IMG/VR virus record: IMGVR_UViG_3300042291_000957
Coordinates: 26,420-90,419 of that record
DNA length: 64,000 nt
Origin: a virus
Reading direction: 5' to 3' (one strand)
Program-made: the position numbers and the translations under genes
The notes under the pieces: model-generated
The model's database searches: none
What the model saw: only the letters and a program-made list of their open reading frames with translations
Told to the model about the DNA's origin: nothing
Shown: positions 44,473 to 53,138 of the stretch, in pieces
How the letters are laid out: every line of letters begins with the position of its first letter
How positions within the stretch are numbered: the stretch's first letter is position 1

Positions 44473-46553
44473 ATACTGCTAAAGTTTTTAATGAAAATAG
44501 TACCAATCATAGCAGCATGAACACTGCACTGATATCTGTAGCTACCACTAATTGAATCTGGAATCTTCCAATACAGTGTACCAGATGTTTGCCCTTGAGC
44601 AGATGCACCTGTAGTCACAACGCCTCCTGTGGTTACGTGTACTAACCCAGTGTTGTAATTTGCACCTGCGCCGTCCTGTATCAAAAAAGGATGACCTGCC
44701 ACATTAAGATTGAAAGCTATAGTGGTGCCATTTATGGCATATACTGTAGGATCGTCAGTAGTGCCATATTGATCAAATCTGTATGCAGTAGCACCGTTAT
44801 TAGTTACATTAAGTCTTGTTATGGCCGGTAGATAGAACTGATCCACCGTTAGCCCAGCAGCATCCGTCAAGTCAGTAAATGCTGAGGCACCTGCTGAGGC
44901 CGTATTGGTGATTGTAACGGTATCTGTGCTGGCATCTGTGGTGATTGAGATACCGGTGCCTGCGGCTATAGTAAGAGTGTCAGTGGCTGAATCAGCAACA
45001 ACTGAACTTTGCCCTGCTACCGCTATAGTGGCAAAACTATCTGATGCAGTTCCGCCGCCGGCGGCAGCAATGGTAATAGTGTCTGTACCAGCATTGGTAG
45101 TTATAGTTATATTTGAACCTGCTACCAAAGTCAGGGTATCTGTGGCTGAATCCGCTACCACTGAAGTTTGTCCGGCCACTGCTATTGTAGCAAAACTGTC
45201 TGATGATGAACCGCCTGAAACTGTAGCCCAAGAATTATCCCCACGGAGATAGGTACTAGCACTGGCTGTTCCTGTGGCTCCTATACGAGCTATAGGTACA
45301 GTACCTGAAGTTAACTGAGTGGCATTGAGTGCTGTTAAATTAACACCCGAACTTGCAGGTAATGTAGCTGGAAATCTTGCATCAGGTACAGTACCTGAAG
45401 TTAACTGAGTGGCATTGAGTGCTGTTAAATTAACACCCGAACTTGCAGGTAATGTAGCTGGAAATCTTGCATCAGGTACAGTACCTGAAGTTAATTCAGT
45501 GGCATTTAAAGCGGTTATCAAACTGCCGTCACCGCTGAAACTTGTAGCAGTTAATAACCCTACATCTGATATACTGGCACTACTAACCTGTATGATTGTG
45601 CCTGTTGTGCCATCGTAGCGCACAATCCTGTTGTCCACATAGCCGCCGCCTGCACTCAATACATCGCCTGATCCAGATCCTGACGCTCCTGGAGGACCAA
45701 TCTCTCCCTGAGGTCCAGGAACCCCCACAGCAGAAGTAGCCTGTCTTGAGCCGTCTGCAAATACAATTTCATTGCCTACCACAACATCTGATTCAAAATT
45801 CACTGCTGGGGTTACTGTAATAGCTGTGCTATCTGTGCTGTCTATGGTGTTAGCCACAAAGGTGATGTTGCCTGTGCTGGCAGTACCTGTGATAGTAATG
45901 GTATCTGTACTAGCGTTGGTAGTTAGTGTAATACCAGTACCAGCAACTAGTGTCAGTGTGTCTGCGGTTGTATCTGCTATCACTGAACTTTGTCCTGCGA
46001 TAGCAATAGTTGCAAATGTATTGGGCAGACTGCTTTCTGCAGCCACAGGTACCCAAGCGCCGGCATGTGCATAATACAATTTGCCTGTATCATGCACATG
46101 AGCTACCATACCGTGATAATCTATAGGGGACACTTCATCTGTAAGATCTGCTAGGGTGTCCCAATGGAATCTGATGCGATTTTTTTGTCCTGAGATATCT
46201 ATCACACCCGATAACATCAACGTATTAGTGGAATCATCTAACCAAGTCAATGCAGCAAGATCGTTGACTTGGGAACCATTTGACGGATAATATGCTATTT
46301 TTCCAGAGACGCCTGACTGCACACCGCCACTGAATCCTGCAGAATTTGCTTTGGCTAAAAAATCTGTATTAGATATATTGGTTAAATCTGCTTTTGCAAG
46401 ATTTACACCGCTAGCTGTGGCTCCATCATATAGTCTCAGGGTATTAGCTGTTCGATCATAAAAAATTTCACCTCGATTTCCGGATCTTCTGTTAAGAAAA
46501 TCTGTTTCTCTAGGTATAATTCTTATTGCGTCAAGTACGGGTATCTTTGCCAT
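44469..46553 (-). CDS. Fibre-like virion protein with repeats, a short collagen segment and a C-terminal cupredoxin-like domain
   Basis: Thr/Ala/Gly/Ser-rich; GVPGPQGEIGPPG; three FATIA.AGQ.SV.AD...DTLT repeats; GHPF...YRYQCSVHAAMIG. Confidence 0.72.
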   Translation of the reverse strand: MAKIPVLDAIRIIPRETDFLNRRSGNRGEIFYDRTANTLRLYDGATASGVNLAKADLTNISNTDFLAKANSAGFSGGVQSGVSGKIAYYPSNGSQVNDLAALTWLDDSTNTLMLSGVIDISGQKNRIRFHWDTLADLTDEVSPIDYHGMVAHVHDTGKLYYAHAGAWVPVAAESSLPNTFATIAIAGQSSVIADTTADTLTLVAGTGITLTTNASTDTITITGTASTGNITFVANTIDSTDSTAITVTPAVNFESDVVVGNEIVFADGSRQATSAVGVPGPQGEIGPPGASGSGSGDVLSAGGGYVDNRIVRYDGTTGTIIQVSSASISDVGLLTATSFSGDGSLITALNATELTSGTVPDARFPATLPASSGVNLTALNATQLTSGTVPDARFPATLPASSGVNLTALNATQLTSGTVPIARIGATGTASASTYLRGDNSWATVSGGSSSDSFATIAVAGQTSVVADSATDTLTLVAGSNITITTNAGTDTITIAAAGGGTASDSFATIAVAGQSSVVADSATDTLTIAAGTGISITTDASTDTVTITNTASAGASAFTDLTDAAGLTVDQFYLPAITRLNVTNNGATAYRFDQYGTTDDPTVYAINGTTIAFNLNVAGHPFLIQDGAGANYNTGLVHVTTGGVVTTGASAQGQTSGTLYWKIPDSISGSYRYQCSVHAAMIGTIFIKNFSSI
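45294..45494. repeat. Perfect 90-bp tandem repeat (~2.2 copies) encoding a 30-aa unit
   Basis: 45301-45390 is identical to 45391-45480; unit TALNATQLTSGTVPDARFPATLPASSGVNL. Confidence 0.95.
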
Positions 46554-46570
46554 ATTATTATTTATTCAAA

Positions 46571-47440
46571 TTAGTAATAACGAGTTTTAGCCAAATAATC
46601 TATGTACTTTGCGATGCCTTCATACACGTTGGTGAAACTTTTGACATCTACCCCAGATTTTGTTAACAATTTCGTATCAGCTAATGTATTTATTTGATAC
46701 TGTTTTTTAAGATCATCGGGCATATCTACAAATCTTTTTTTGCCTTTGTTTGTATTAGATATTACAAGATCTGCTATGGTTTCAAAATCCGTGCTAGATC
46801 CGCTGCCGAGATCATAGATTCCAGGTTGATAATTTTCAAACATAAAATAATATATGGTTTTTGCTATATCTTCTACCCATACAAAATCTCTAAAATAATT
46901 CTTGCTGTTTTCGAATATCGTTATTTCCTCAGTTTCTTTGATTTGATCAAACCAATGTAAAATTGTAGAAGCCATTCTGCCTTTGTGATACTCATTAGGC
47001 CCATATACATTGAACAATCGAAGGACAACTCCTTCTACTTCATTTTCACTGAGCAGTTTGCTAAATGCGTATTGATTCATTGGGCCAGAGCCGTTACCAT
47101 ATACTGATGCGCTAGAAGTAAAAATAAAAGGTATTTTGCGTTGTTTACAAAATGCATTCCATTTCCTTGTAGATTTAACATTCGTTGCATAGATCGAACT
47201 CCAATTTTTTTCTAGAGTATTAGCATTTGCACCGATATGTATGACTCCAGTGATGTTTTCATCTATTGAATCGATGTCATCTATAGAAACAAGTCTTTTA
47301 TACTGTTTACCTATGAGATTTTTATACTGATTTTCATAAGGCAGATCGTCAACTATAATAATATCAGTGACTCGTTGCAAATTCAAGTAACCTAATACCA
47401 CACTACCAATAAATCCTCCGGCTCCGGTTAGTATAATCAT
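46571..47440 (-). CDS. hldD: ADP-L-glycero-D-manno-heptose 6-epimerase
   Basis: TGAGGFIGS, IIIVDDL, SSASVYG, YAFSK, LRLFNVYGPNEYHKGRMAS, RDFVWVED and YQ..T.AD motifs. Confidence 0.88.
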   Translation of the reverse strand: MIILTGAGGFIGSVVLGYLNLQRVTDIIIVDDLPYENQYKNLIGKQYKRLVSIDDIDSIDENITGVIHIGANANTLEKNWSSIYATNVKSTRKWNAFCKQRKIPFIFTSSASVYGNGSGPMNQYAFSKLLSENEVEGVVLRLFNVYGPNEYHKGRMASTILHWFDQIKETEEITIFENSKNYFRDFVWVEDIAKTIYYFMFENYQPGIYDLGSGSSTDFETIADLVISNTNKGKKRFVDMPDDLKKQYQINTLADTKLLTKSGVDVKSFTNVYEGIAKYIDYLAKTRYY

Positions 47441-48204
47441 TGTATTTCTTCCAGTCTTGGTGCATACACCCCTATGTGTTGTACTGTTACTGCCGATGCC
47501 TTGTTTGCAAATTTTACTGCATCAGGAATGCGGCCTGTTTTTAAAAACTCGTATACTAATGCTGCTAAAAATGTATCACCTGCACCGCATACATCAGTTA
47601 CATCGCCTACAATTTCAGCAGGGTATATACAATCATTCCAATAAGCGCCACCTCCACCGTGCGTAACAATCAAATGCTCTGCGTTGGGTAAACTTGTTGC
47701 ACGACTTTTTTCCAGTGCATTAATCTTGACATAGCAACCTGATAGTCTTGCTAGGTCTGTTTTCTTTGTGTCAACAAAGATAGGCACGTCAACTTCTTTA
47801 ACTAGCTCTTCTATTAATTCGTAGGTCACTGTGCCTTTGTTGTAGTCACTGATTACAATGGCATCATACCCAGGAGGTATTGATGTGTCAAAAGTGATAG
47901 GATCGCTGGCAACATCTTGATCCATACGCAATAATTGTTGTTTGGTACGTGCATCGATTAATCTGTTTTTTTCGCTAGATTTGCCGTGTAGGAAGTTGAC
48001 TGTGCATCCCAATGCTTCTAGATTCTTACACACATTGCCAGCCATTCCATCTTTGTGAATAGTATACTGTGGTTCAAACACAGGAACTGGTGCTTCGGGA
48101 CTGATACGATTTACATAACCATAGGTGTAAATGTCGTGACAGTCGTCACCTATTAGCAATATCCTGAATTGTTTTAGTTGTTGAATAGTCGCTGACTCTG
48201 TCAT
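47437..48204 (-). CDS. Heptose-7-phosphate kinase (stand-alone HldE kinase domain, HldA-like; PfkB family)
   Basis: RISPEAPVPV, G.AGNV..NL.ALG, QQLLRMD, ISDYNKG and DVCGAGDTF motifs. Confidence 0.9.
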   Translation of the reverse strand: MTESATIQQLKQFRILLIGDDCHDIYTYGYVNRISPEAPVPVFEPQYTIHKDGMAGNVCKNLEALGCTVNFLHGKSSEKNRLIDARTKQQLLRMDQDVASDPITFDTSIPPGYDAIVISDYNKGTVTYELIEELVKEVDVPIFVDTKKTDLARLSGCYVKINALEKSRATSLPNAEHLIVTHGGGGAYWNDCIYPAEIVGDVTDVCGAGDTFLAALVYEFLKTGRIPDAVKFANKASAVTVQHIGVYAPRLEEIQ

Positions 48205-48544
48205 AAAAAAATACCTTTGGTACGTGTGCTTCGCCTACTATACGCTGTCCGCGATAATCACTGCCTTTGACCATTACACTTGGTTTATACAGTTTGATTA
48301 ATGCTATCAGTTCTTCTTCGCTGTCAAAAAATTCTACAATATCAACAGCTTTTAAATTTTGTAACATCACTTTGCGATCAATCTGGTCGTTGATCGGCCG
48401 GCTTTGGCCTTTTAATTCTCGAACTCTTCTGTCTGTATCAATGCATACAACAAGATAATCTCCTAGACTACGAGCTGTGTTCAACATGGCAACATGCCCG
48501 GGATGCAAAATATCAAAAGTACCGTTAACTATTATTGTAGACAT
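48146..48544 (-). CDS. Heptose-1-phosphate adenylyltransferase (stand-alone HldE NTase domain, HldC-like)
   Basis: NGTFDILHPGH, VRELKG..RPI, KGSDY and YSTT motifs. Confidence 0.88.
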   Translation of the reverse strand: MSTIIVNGTFDILHPGHVAMLNTARSLGDYLVVCIDTDRRVRELKGQSRPINDQIDRKVMLQNLKAVDIVEFFDSEEELIALIKLYKPSVMVKGSDYRGQRIVGEAHVPKVFFYDRVSDYSTTKTIQDIANR

Positions 48545-48545
48545 A

Positions 48546-49115
48546 CTAGTGATCCAGTGAATACCACCCGGTTATAATATATTTGTAACCCTTATATATG
48601 GGATTCCCCCTGTGAGGGTGGGTAAAATAGGCAGGCCAAATAACCAACTTGCCAGTTTCTGGTTTAATCTTAAGACCTTGATACAGAAATTCTGTTTCGC
48701 CACCCTCTTCAATATCATTGAGATACAAGGTATAAGCTAGGATTCTATTGGCTGATGATTGATCTGCATTTTCACAATGCCACGCATGGTAGCCTTGGCG
48801 CGGGCCGGTTCTCTGTACGCTCATGCCTTTGGGTGTGTGTTGAAAACAAAATCCAAGACTCTGATATTTTTCAAAATACTGTTCTATATAATACTTGTTT
48901 AGAGTTTTATAAAAGAAAGAACACAGGTCAGGATCTACGCTGAAATTTTGTTGACTGTGAAATGCCCAATCAAAAAATATTCGATCGTCCTGATTTTTCA
49001 TCATGCTGTTTTGTGTGAGATGTTGACCCATTTTGACCATATCTTCAAATCTTTGTATGATAGTTTTACAGTAGTCTTTGGGAAATGCGTCTGGATACAC
49101 TTCAATAAAATTCAT
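48546..49115 (-). CDS. 2OG-Fe(II) oxygenase
   Basis: YHAWHCE, LYLND.EEGGETEF, WPA.FTHPHRGNP and KYIITGW motifs. Confidence 0.88.
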   Translation of the reverse strand: MNFIEVYPDAFPKDYCKTIIQRFEDMVKMGQHLTQNSMMKNQDDRIFFDWAFHSQQNFSVDPDLCSFFYKTLNKYYIEQYFEKYQSLGFCFQHTPKGMSVQRTGPRQGYHAWHCENADQSSANRILAYTLYLNDIEEGGETEFLYQGLKIKPETGKLVIWPAYFTHPHRGNPIYKGYKYIITGWYSLDH

Positions 49116-49474
49116 CGTTGACTATCTCCGGGAAATATTCTAAAATTATCTTCTACTGAATCGGGGGTACTTACTTCGACTATGATTGAATTGTCTTCCA
49201 ACGCTTCAAGTTGATGCGGTAACCCTGGAGGATTATGCCAATTATCGCCTGTGTTTAAGATTTTTTCCTGCATCGTGGCAGTCTTTGTGTCTATGTATCT
49301 TAACAAGAAGCTACCCTGATTGACGTTCCAGCTTTCATCTTTGACAAGATGGTAATGCATACTGAACTTGTCGCCAGCCTTGGCAAACACCAGATATTTT
49401 CCACAGTATTGGTCAGTGGACGAAAATATTATTTCATGTCCCCAACCTTTTTCTATTTTACCGAATAATTTCAT
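49112..49474 (-). CDS. Cupin-domain protein (sugar isomerase-like)
   Basis: KGWGHE, FSMHYH..KDESW, PG.PHQL and EVST motifs. Confidence 0.8.
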   Translation of the reverse strand: MKLFGKIEKGWGHEIIFSSTDQYCGKYLVFAKAGDKFSMHYHLVKDESWNVNQGSFLLRYIDTKTATMQEKILNTGDNWHNPPGLPHQLEALEDNSIIVEVSTPDSVEDNFRIFPGDSQR

Positions 49475-49986
49475 TTTTGAAAGTAATTTAAATTAATAAT
49501 AATTCTTCTTTTTGCATCTGTTGCACTTATCATTTTATGAGAAATAGCAGTATCAAAAATTAATATCCTGTTTTCAACAGAATCAATCCCAATTATTTCT
49601 TTTTCAACCTCTATCATCGTTTTAGCATTACAAGTTGTCATATATAATATGGCTGTTTTAGAATCTCCATCAGGGTAATCAACATGCCAAGAAGATTCGT
49701 ATCGATCTTCTTTACTTATAGACATATTTGTTCTAGCTTGGAGTAATGAAAAAACTTTTAATTTATATAATAATGATTCTAGTAAATTAAAGTAAGGACT
49801 ACAAACATGGTTGTTTATAAAGAAATTATGTGTAAAATAACACATACCGTGCTCATCATCTTTTGATGTCATATTGTCTCTATAAAACCAATTCATATCT
49901 AATGACGTTAGTGTATTTTTTATTGTATCAAAATATTCTTTATCTAAAAAATTATCTATTACTTCGTACTCTGATTTTTTAGTCAT
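49471..49986 (-). CDS. 2OG-Fe(II) oxygenase
   Basis: VIDNFL, WHVD, TAILY, ENRILIFD...SH and R.IINLNY motifs. Confidence 0.8.
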   Translation of the reverse strand: MTKKSEYEVIDNFLDKEYFDTIKNTLTSLDMNWFYRDNMTSKDDEHGMCYFTHNFFINNHVCSPYFNLLESLLYKLKVFSLLQARTNMSISKEDRYESSWHVDYPDGDSKTAILYMTTCNAKTMIEVEKEIIGIDSVENRILIFDTAISHKMISATDAKRRIIINLNYFQK

Positions 49987-50004
49987 AATAAAAATTCTCC
50001 TGCA

Positions 50005-50565
50005 TTAGCCGTAGATGTCGGCTGCATCATGATCTTTTACCGACACGTCCATGTTCCACGAAATGATTGTTTTAGTTTCTTCTGAGGTATTAATCGGAGC
50101 TCGGTGAATTACCCAGCTAGGAAATGTAATGATGTCACCTTCATGTACATCAAATATGTGTATATCTTTGGTCACTGGATCTATCCATTCTGTTTGGGTG
50201 CCGCCTTCAGGCAAATGCACATAATATACGTTGGTAAAGTTATTGCTATGGGTATGCCAGGCATGTTTGCCTCCAGTGGCATACTGTTGAAACCAAATTT
50301 CAGTAATACCAAATGTTTGATATCCCATGGTATTGCACCATTCGTTGAGATGAATAGCAAGAGGATAATTTATAATTTTAAGCCACTCTCTGTCGCCATC
50401 ATATCGAGATGTACTCCAATCGCATCTAATGATATCGCTGTTAAATGCCAGCATGTGTTCTGCTCGATCTTGTCTTGAAATGGCATCTATTACTTGTTGT
50501 TTTAGTTGAATATGTTCCTTAAATGGTTTAATACTTATAGGAAACGGTATAACAGTAGGTGACAT
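50005..50565 (-). CDS. Putative 2OG-Fe(II) oxygenase (TIGR02466-like)
   Basis: WFQQY...H.WHTH, VYY and EGDIITFPS...HR motifs. Confidence 0.78.
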   Translation of the reverse strand: MSPTVIPFPISIKPFKEHIQLKQQVIDAISRQDRAEHMLAFNSDIIRCDWSTSRYDGDREWLKIINYPLAIHLNEWCNTMGYQTFGITEIWFQQYATGGKHAWHTHSNNFTNVYYVHLPEGGTQTEWIDPVTKDIHIFDVHEGDIITFPSWVIHRAPINTSEETKTIISWNMDVSVKDHDAADIYG

Positions 50566-51176
50566 TAGTACAAGCTACCTTGTCTTTTTATTACTATGTT
50601 TGATGCAAACACAACTCTTGATTCATTTGTTTGATTATAATATACATAATGTTCAAGACAGGATGGGAATATTATCAATATTCCTTCTTCCATTGGTGGC
50701 TTATATATGTTTTGATAGTGATCTTGCGGATCTAATTCTAAATATTTTAAATGATTTGATAAATTAGGAGTCCTGAAAACTAGCTGTCCCGAATCTGCAT
50801 TAGGTTGTTTTAGTATGACCACACACGAAAATGCCGGTACATTTGTTGTTATGTGATTGTGTAACTGTTGATGATCATATTGATTATGCACATTATACCA
50901 TGTATCTATTTCAACTTTATAGGAAAATTGAAACATAAAAGAATCTATGTAAGACTGGATATAGGGCGCAGGTAGTAATATATCATTCCATTTTTTAAAA
51001 AAGTCAGCATCGCTCCAGCGTTGAGATGCATTTTTAGAAATTCTACTTTCTTCGCCTTTGTATTCATCTTCTTTGCCATTTAATATCAATGGAAGATAAT
51101 GATCCTGTAGAATTTTTAGATCTACAGTATTCAATCGAGAAATGCTTACCGGATATCCTTCAAGATGTATTTTCAT
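50565..51176 (-). CDS. Putative 2OG-Fe(II) oxygenase (TIGR02466-like)
   Basis: W.N......Q..HNH, EG..IIFPS.LEHYV and R...ASN motifs. Confidence 0.8.
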   Translation of the reverse strand: MKIHLEGYPVSISRLNTVDLKILQDHYLPLILNGKEDEYKGEESRISKNASQRWSDADFFKKWNDILLPAPYIQSYIDSFMFQFSYKVEIDTWYNVHNQYDHQQLHNHITTNVPAFSCVVILKQPNADSGQLVFRTPNLSNHLKYLELDPQDHYQNIYKPPMEEGILIIFPSCLEHYVYYNQTNESRVVFASNIVIKRQGSLY

Positions 51177-51904
51177 TAGATAGTATCTTTAGTATGAATG
51201 CCAGTTTTAAACCCAGTTGTAAGATCCACAGTGGTACCAGTGTTAAAGAAGTCAATTACTTTATTTGCTAAAATTTTATGATTAACTTCTGAAAAGTGGT
51301 TATAACGCAGATCGCCGCCAACTCTATTATGATATGTGTTACATGTTTCGATACTGTCAAACTCTAAGTTTGAGGTTTCAAACATATTTCCTTGTACCCC
51401 TGCAACGTTGTGAAACCCTGGCAGGATTAAAAATTGAATACCTTGTTGTGCATATAGCATAGTTCTAAGAGTTATTGCATCATAAATTGCATCATATTGT
51501 ATAAAAAGACGGTGATCGGAATGCAGATACTTTTTATACATTTCTAATGCCTTGGCTTGTTCTTTTGTAACATGAACTCCTGGCACAAATTTTGCATTTA
51601 GGAAATTTGCCATGCCTGGTTTATCTTCAAAAATCCATTCTCTGTAATAAGAAGTAAGCTGTACTATAACACAGTCCCCACTTTTAAACGACGATTCACG
51701 CTCTCTTAGGGTATGGAAAATGTATTCATTGGAACACCCGAGCTGAGAGTCATTTACATGATTATCATCCCCGATTAAACTTTCACTAACAATCCTAGTC
51801 CAATTCTTTTCTAACGGCATGAACGTTACTAGACCTGTAGGCCCAATAACTTCATTCTTGTGTGCATCGGGTACACTAAAACTATCGCCGAAAACATATA
51901 ACAT
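51176..51904 (-). CDS. SGNH/GDSL-like hydrolase or acyltransferase
   Basis: VFGDSF N-terminal motif, GCSN and NHFS..NH motifs. Confidence 0.6.
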   Translation of the reverse strand: MLYVFGDSFSVPDAHKNEVIGPTGLVTFMPLEKNWTRIVSESLIGDDNHVNDSQLGCSNEYIFHTLRERESSFKSGDCVIVQLTSYYREWIFEDKPGMANFLNAKFVPGVHVTKEQAKALEMYKKYLHSDHRLFIQYDAIYDAITLRTMLYAQQGIQFLILPGFHNVAGVQGNMFETSNLEFDSIETCNTYHNRVGGDLRYNHFSEVNHKILANKVIDFFNTGTTVDLTTGFKTGIHTKDTI

Positions 51905-52533
51905 TAATTAGTTGCTCCTGTTTCTAACAAAATATTGAAAGACAAACTAATACGATCTTCATTGGTTGTATTTTCATTAACACTGTGATCTAAATAGCCG
52001 GGCCACATACTTAATCTGCCTTGCTCTGGGGCAAATGCGTTTTCATGAGCATATGAACTACCAATTGGATTGCATTTTAATGCTTTAAGAGCATTTCTAA
52101 AAACTAGATCACCGTCTTGCCCATTTGTTTTAAACCAATACACTCCACTGACGTGGCTGGTACCGTGATCGTGAACATGAGCATACTGCCCCGGTTTGGT
52201 TAGTGTAAGCCATGAAGTTTCGATGGCTGCTTTGTACAGCGGTTTAACATTCATCATTCTCATATAATTAAAACAATGGTGCATTATACACGAAGTGATC
52301 ACTCTCATTTTTTCGTCTTTTAAAATAGACTGGTTAAAATCACCTTGATTAGATAGGTAATGAGTGTGAGAATTCCAATATGGATTTTGTCCCCAACGAT
52401 CTTCTAGATGCAGTTTATCAACCACAGTCTGCATCTCGGCCTGTATTTCAGTATATTCTTTGCTTTCTGTTTTGTATGTGTATAGGGGGGAAGGAAACAA
52501 GGAGTAAATTCGGCCTTCGGTTTGATTGTTCAT
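51904..52533 (-). CDS. Putative 2OG-Fe(II) oxygenase (TIGR02466-like)
   Basis: LFPSP, SW...HDH....SGVYW, WP.YL.HSV and RISLSFN motifs; GGAGG RBS before ATG 52533. Confidence 0.82.
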   Translation of the reverse strand: MNNQTEGRIYSLFPSPLYTYKTESKEYTEIQAEMQTVVDKLHLEDRWGQNPYWNSHTHYLSNQGDFNQSILKDEKMRVITSCIMHHCFNYMRMMNVKPLYKAAIETSWLTLTKPGQYAHVHDHGTSHVSGVYWFKTNGQDGDLVFRNALKALKCNPIGSSYAHENAFAPEQGRLSMWPGYLDHSVNENTTNEDRISLSFNILLETGATN

Positions 52534-52547
52534 GTTTTCCTCCATAT

Positions 52548-53138
52548 TTAAATAAACATCATCTGATTGATTCTGTAAGCATCTTCAACAAACCAATCAG
52601 GTTGCATCACTGCGGTGTGAACATCAGTTTGCCTGTATAATACCAATCTATTAAAAGCCATTTCTGCATATCCTAGTTCTTGTCCGGTTTCAGAATAAAA
52701 AGCTGTGCCGCCGTGAGATTCGTCATTGTAGTTTAAATATACCGATGCTGCAAATCTACCTGGATCTGCACTATCTCTATGGGGAGTTGGCTGGTCTTGT
52801 CCTTGCATTACATTTACCATGAATGTTATAAAATCAAATGTTTTACGTATGTCTTTATCAATCTTGCGAGGACCGTCATTAAAATTTTCACTGATTAGTT
52901 TAACAAACGTATCGGCTAAACTTGTTAGATTAATTCCAAGACTAATTGACAGTCCGGGGTATGTATTTCTAATCATGCTCTTCGATGCAGGAATAGAAAG
53001 AGCCAATTCTCTAACTTTTTCAGGATTAAGATAAAAGTTATCAACAATGACACATTTGGTATCACCTAACTGATGTACATGTACTTCAAAATTAGGATTA
53101 ACTGCAAATATATCTTGTTCATTTATTTTTTTAATCAT
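52548..53138 (-). CDS. Putative 2OG-Fe(II) oxygenase (DUF6445-like)
   Basis: IVDNFY.NP..VR, PHRD, VYLN, GGTAFY and FNRLVLY....H motifs. Confidence 0.75.
   Translation of the reverse strand: MIKKINEQDIFAVNPNFEVHVHQLGDTKCVIVDNFYLNPEKVRELALSIPASKSMIRNTYPGLSISLGINLTSLADTFVKLISENFNDGPRKIDKDIRKTFDFITFMVNVMQGQDQPTPHRDSADPGRFAASVYLNYNDESHGGTAFYSETGQELGYAEMAFNRLVLYRQTDVHTAVMQPDWFVEDAYRINQMMFI

Noticed and set aside
45294-45494. CRISPR array
   Set aside because: Contiguous in-frame 90-bp coding repeat with no unique spacers and no cas genes.
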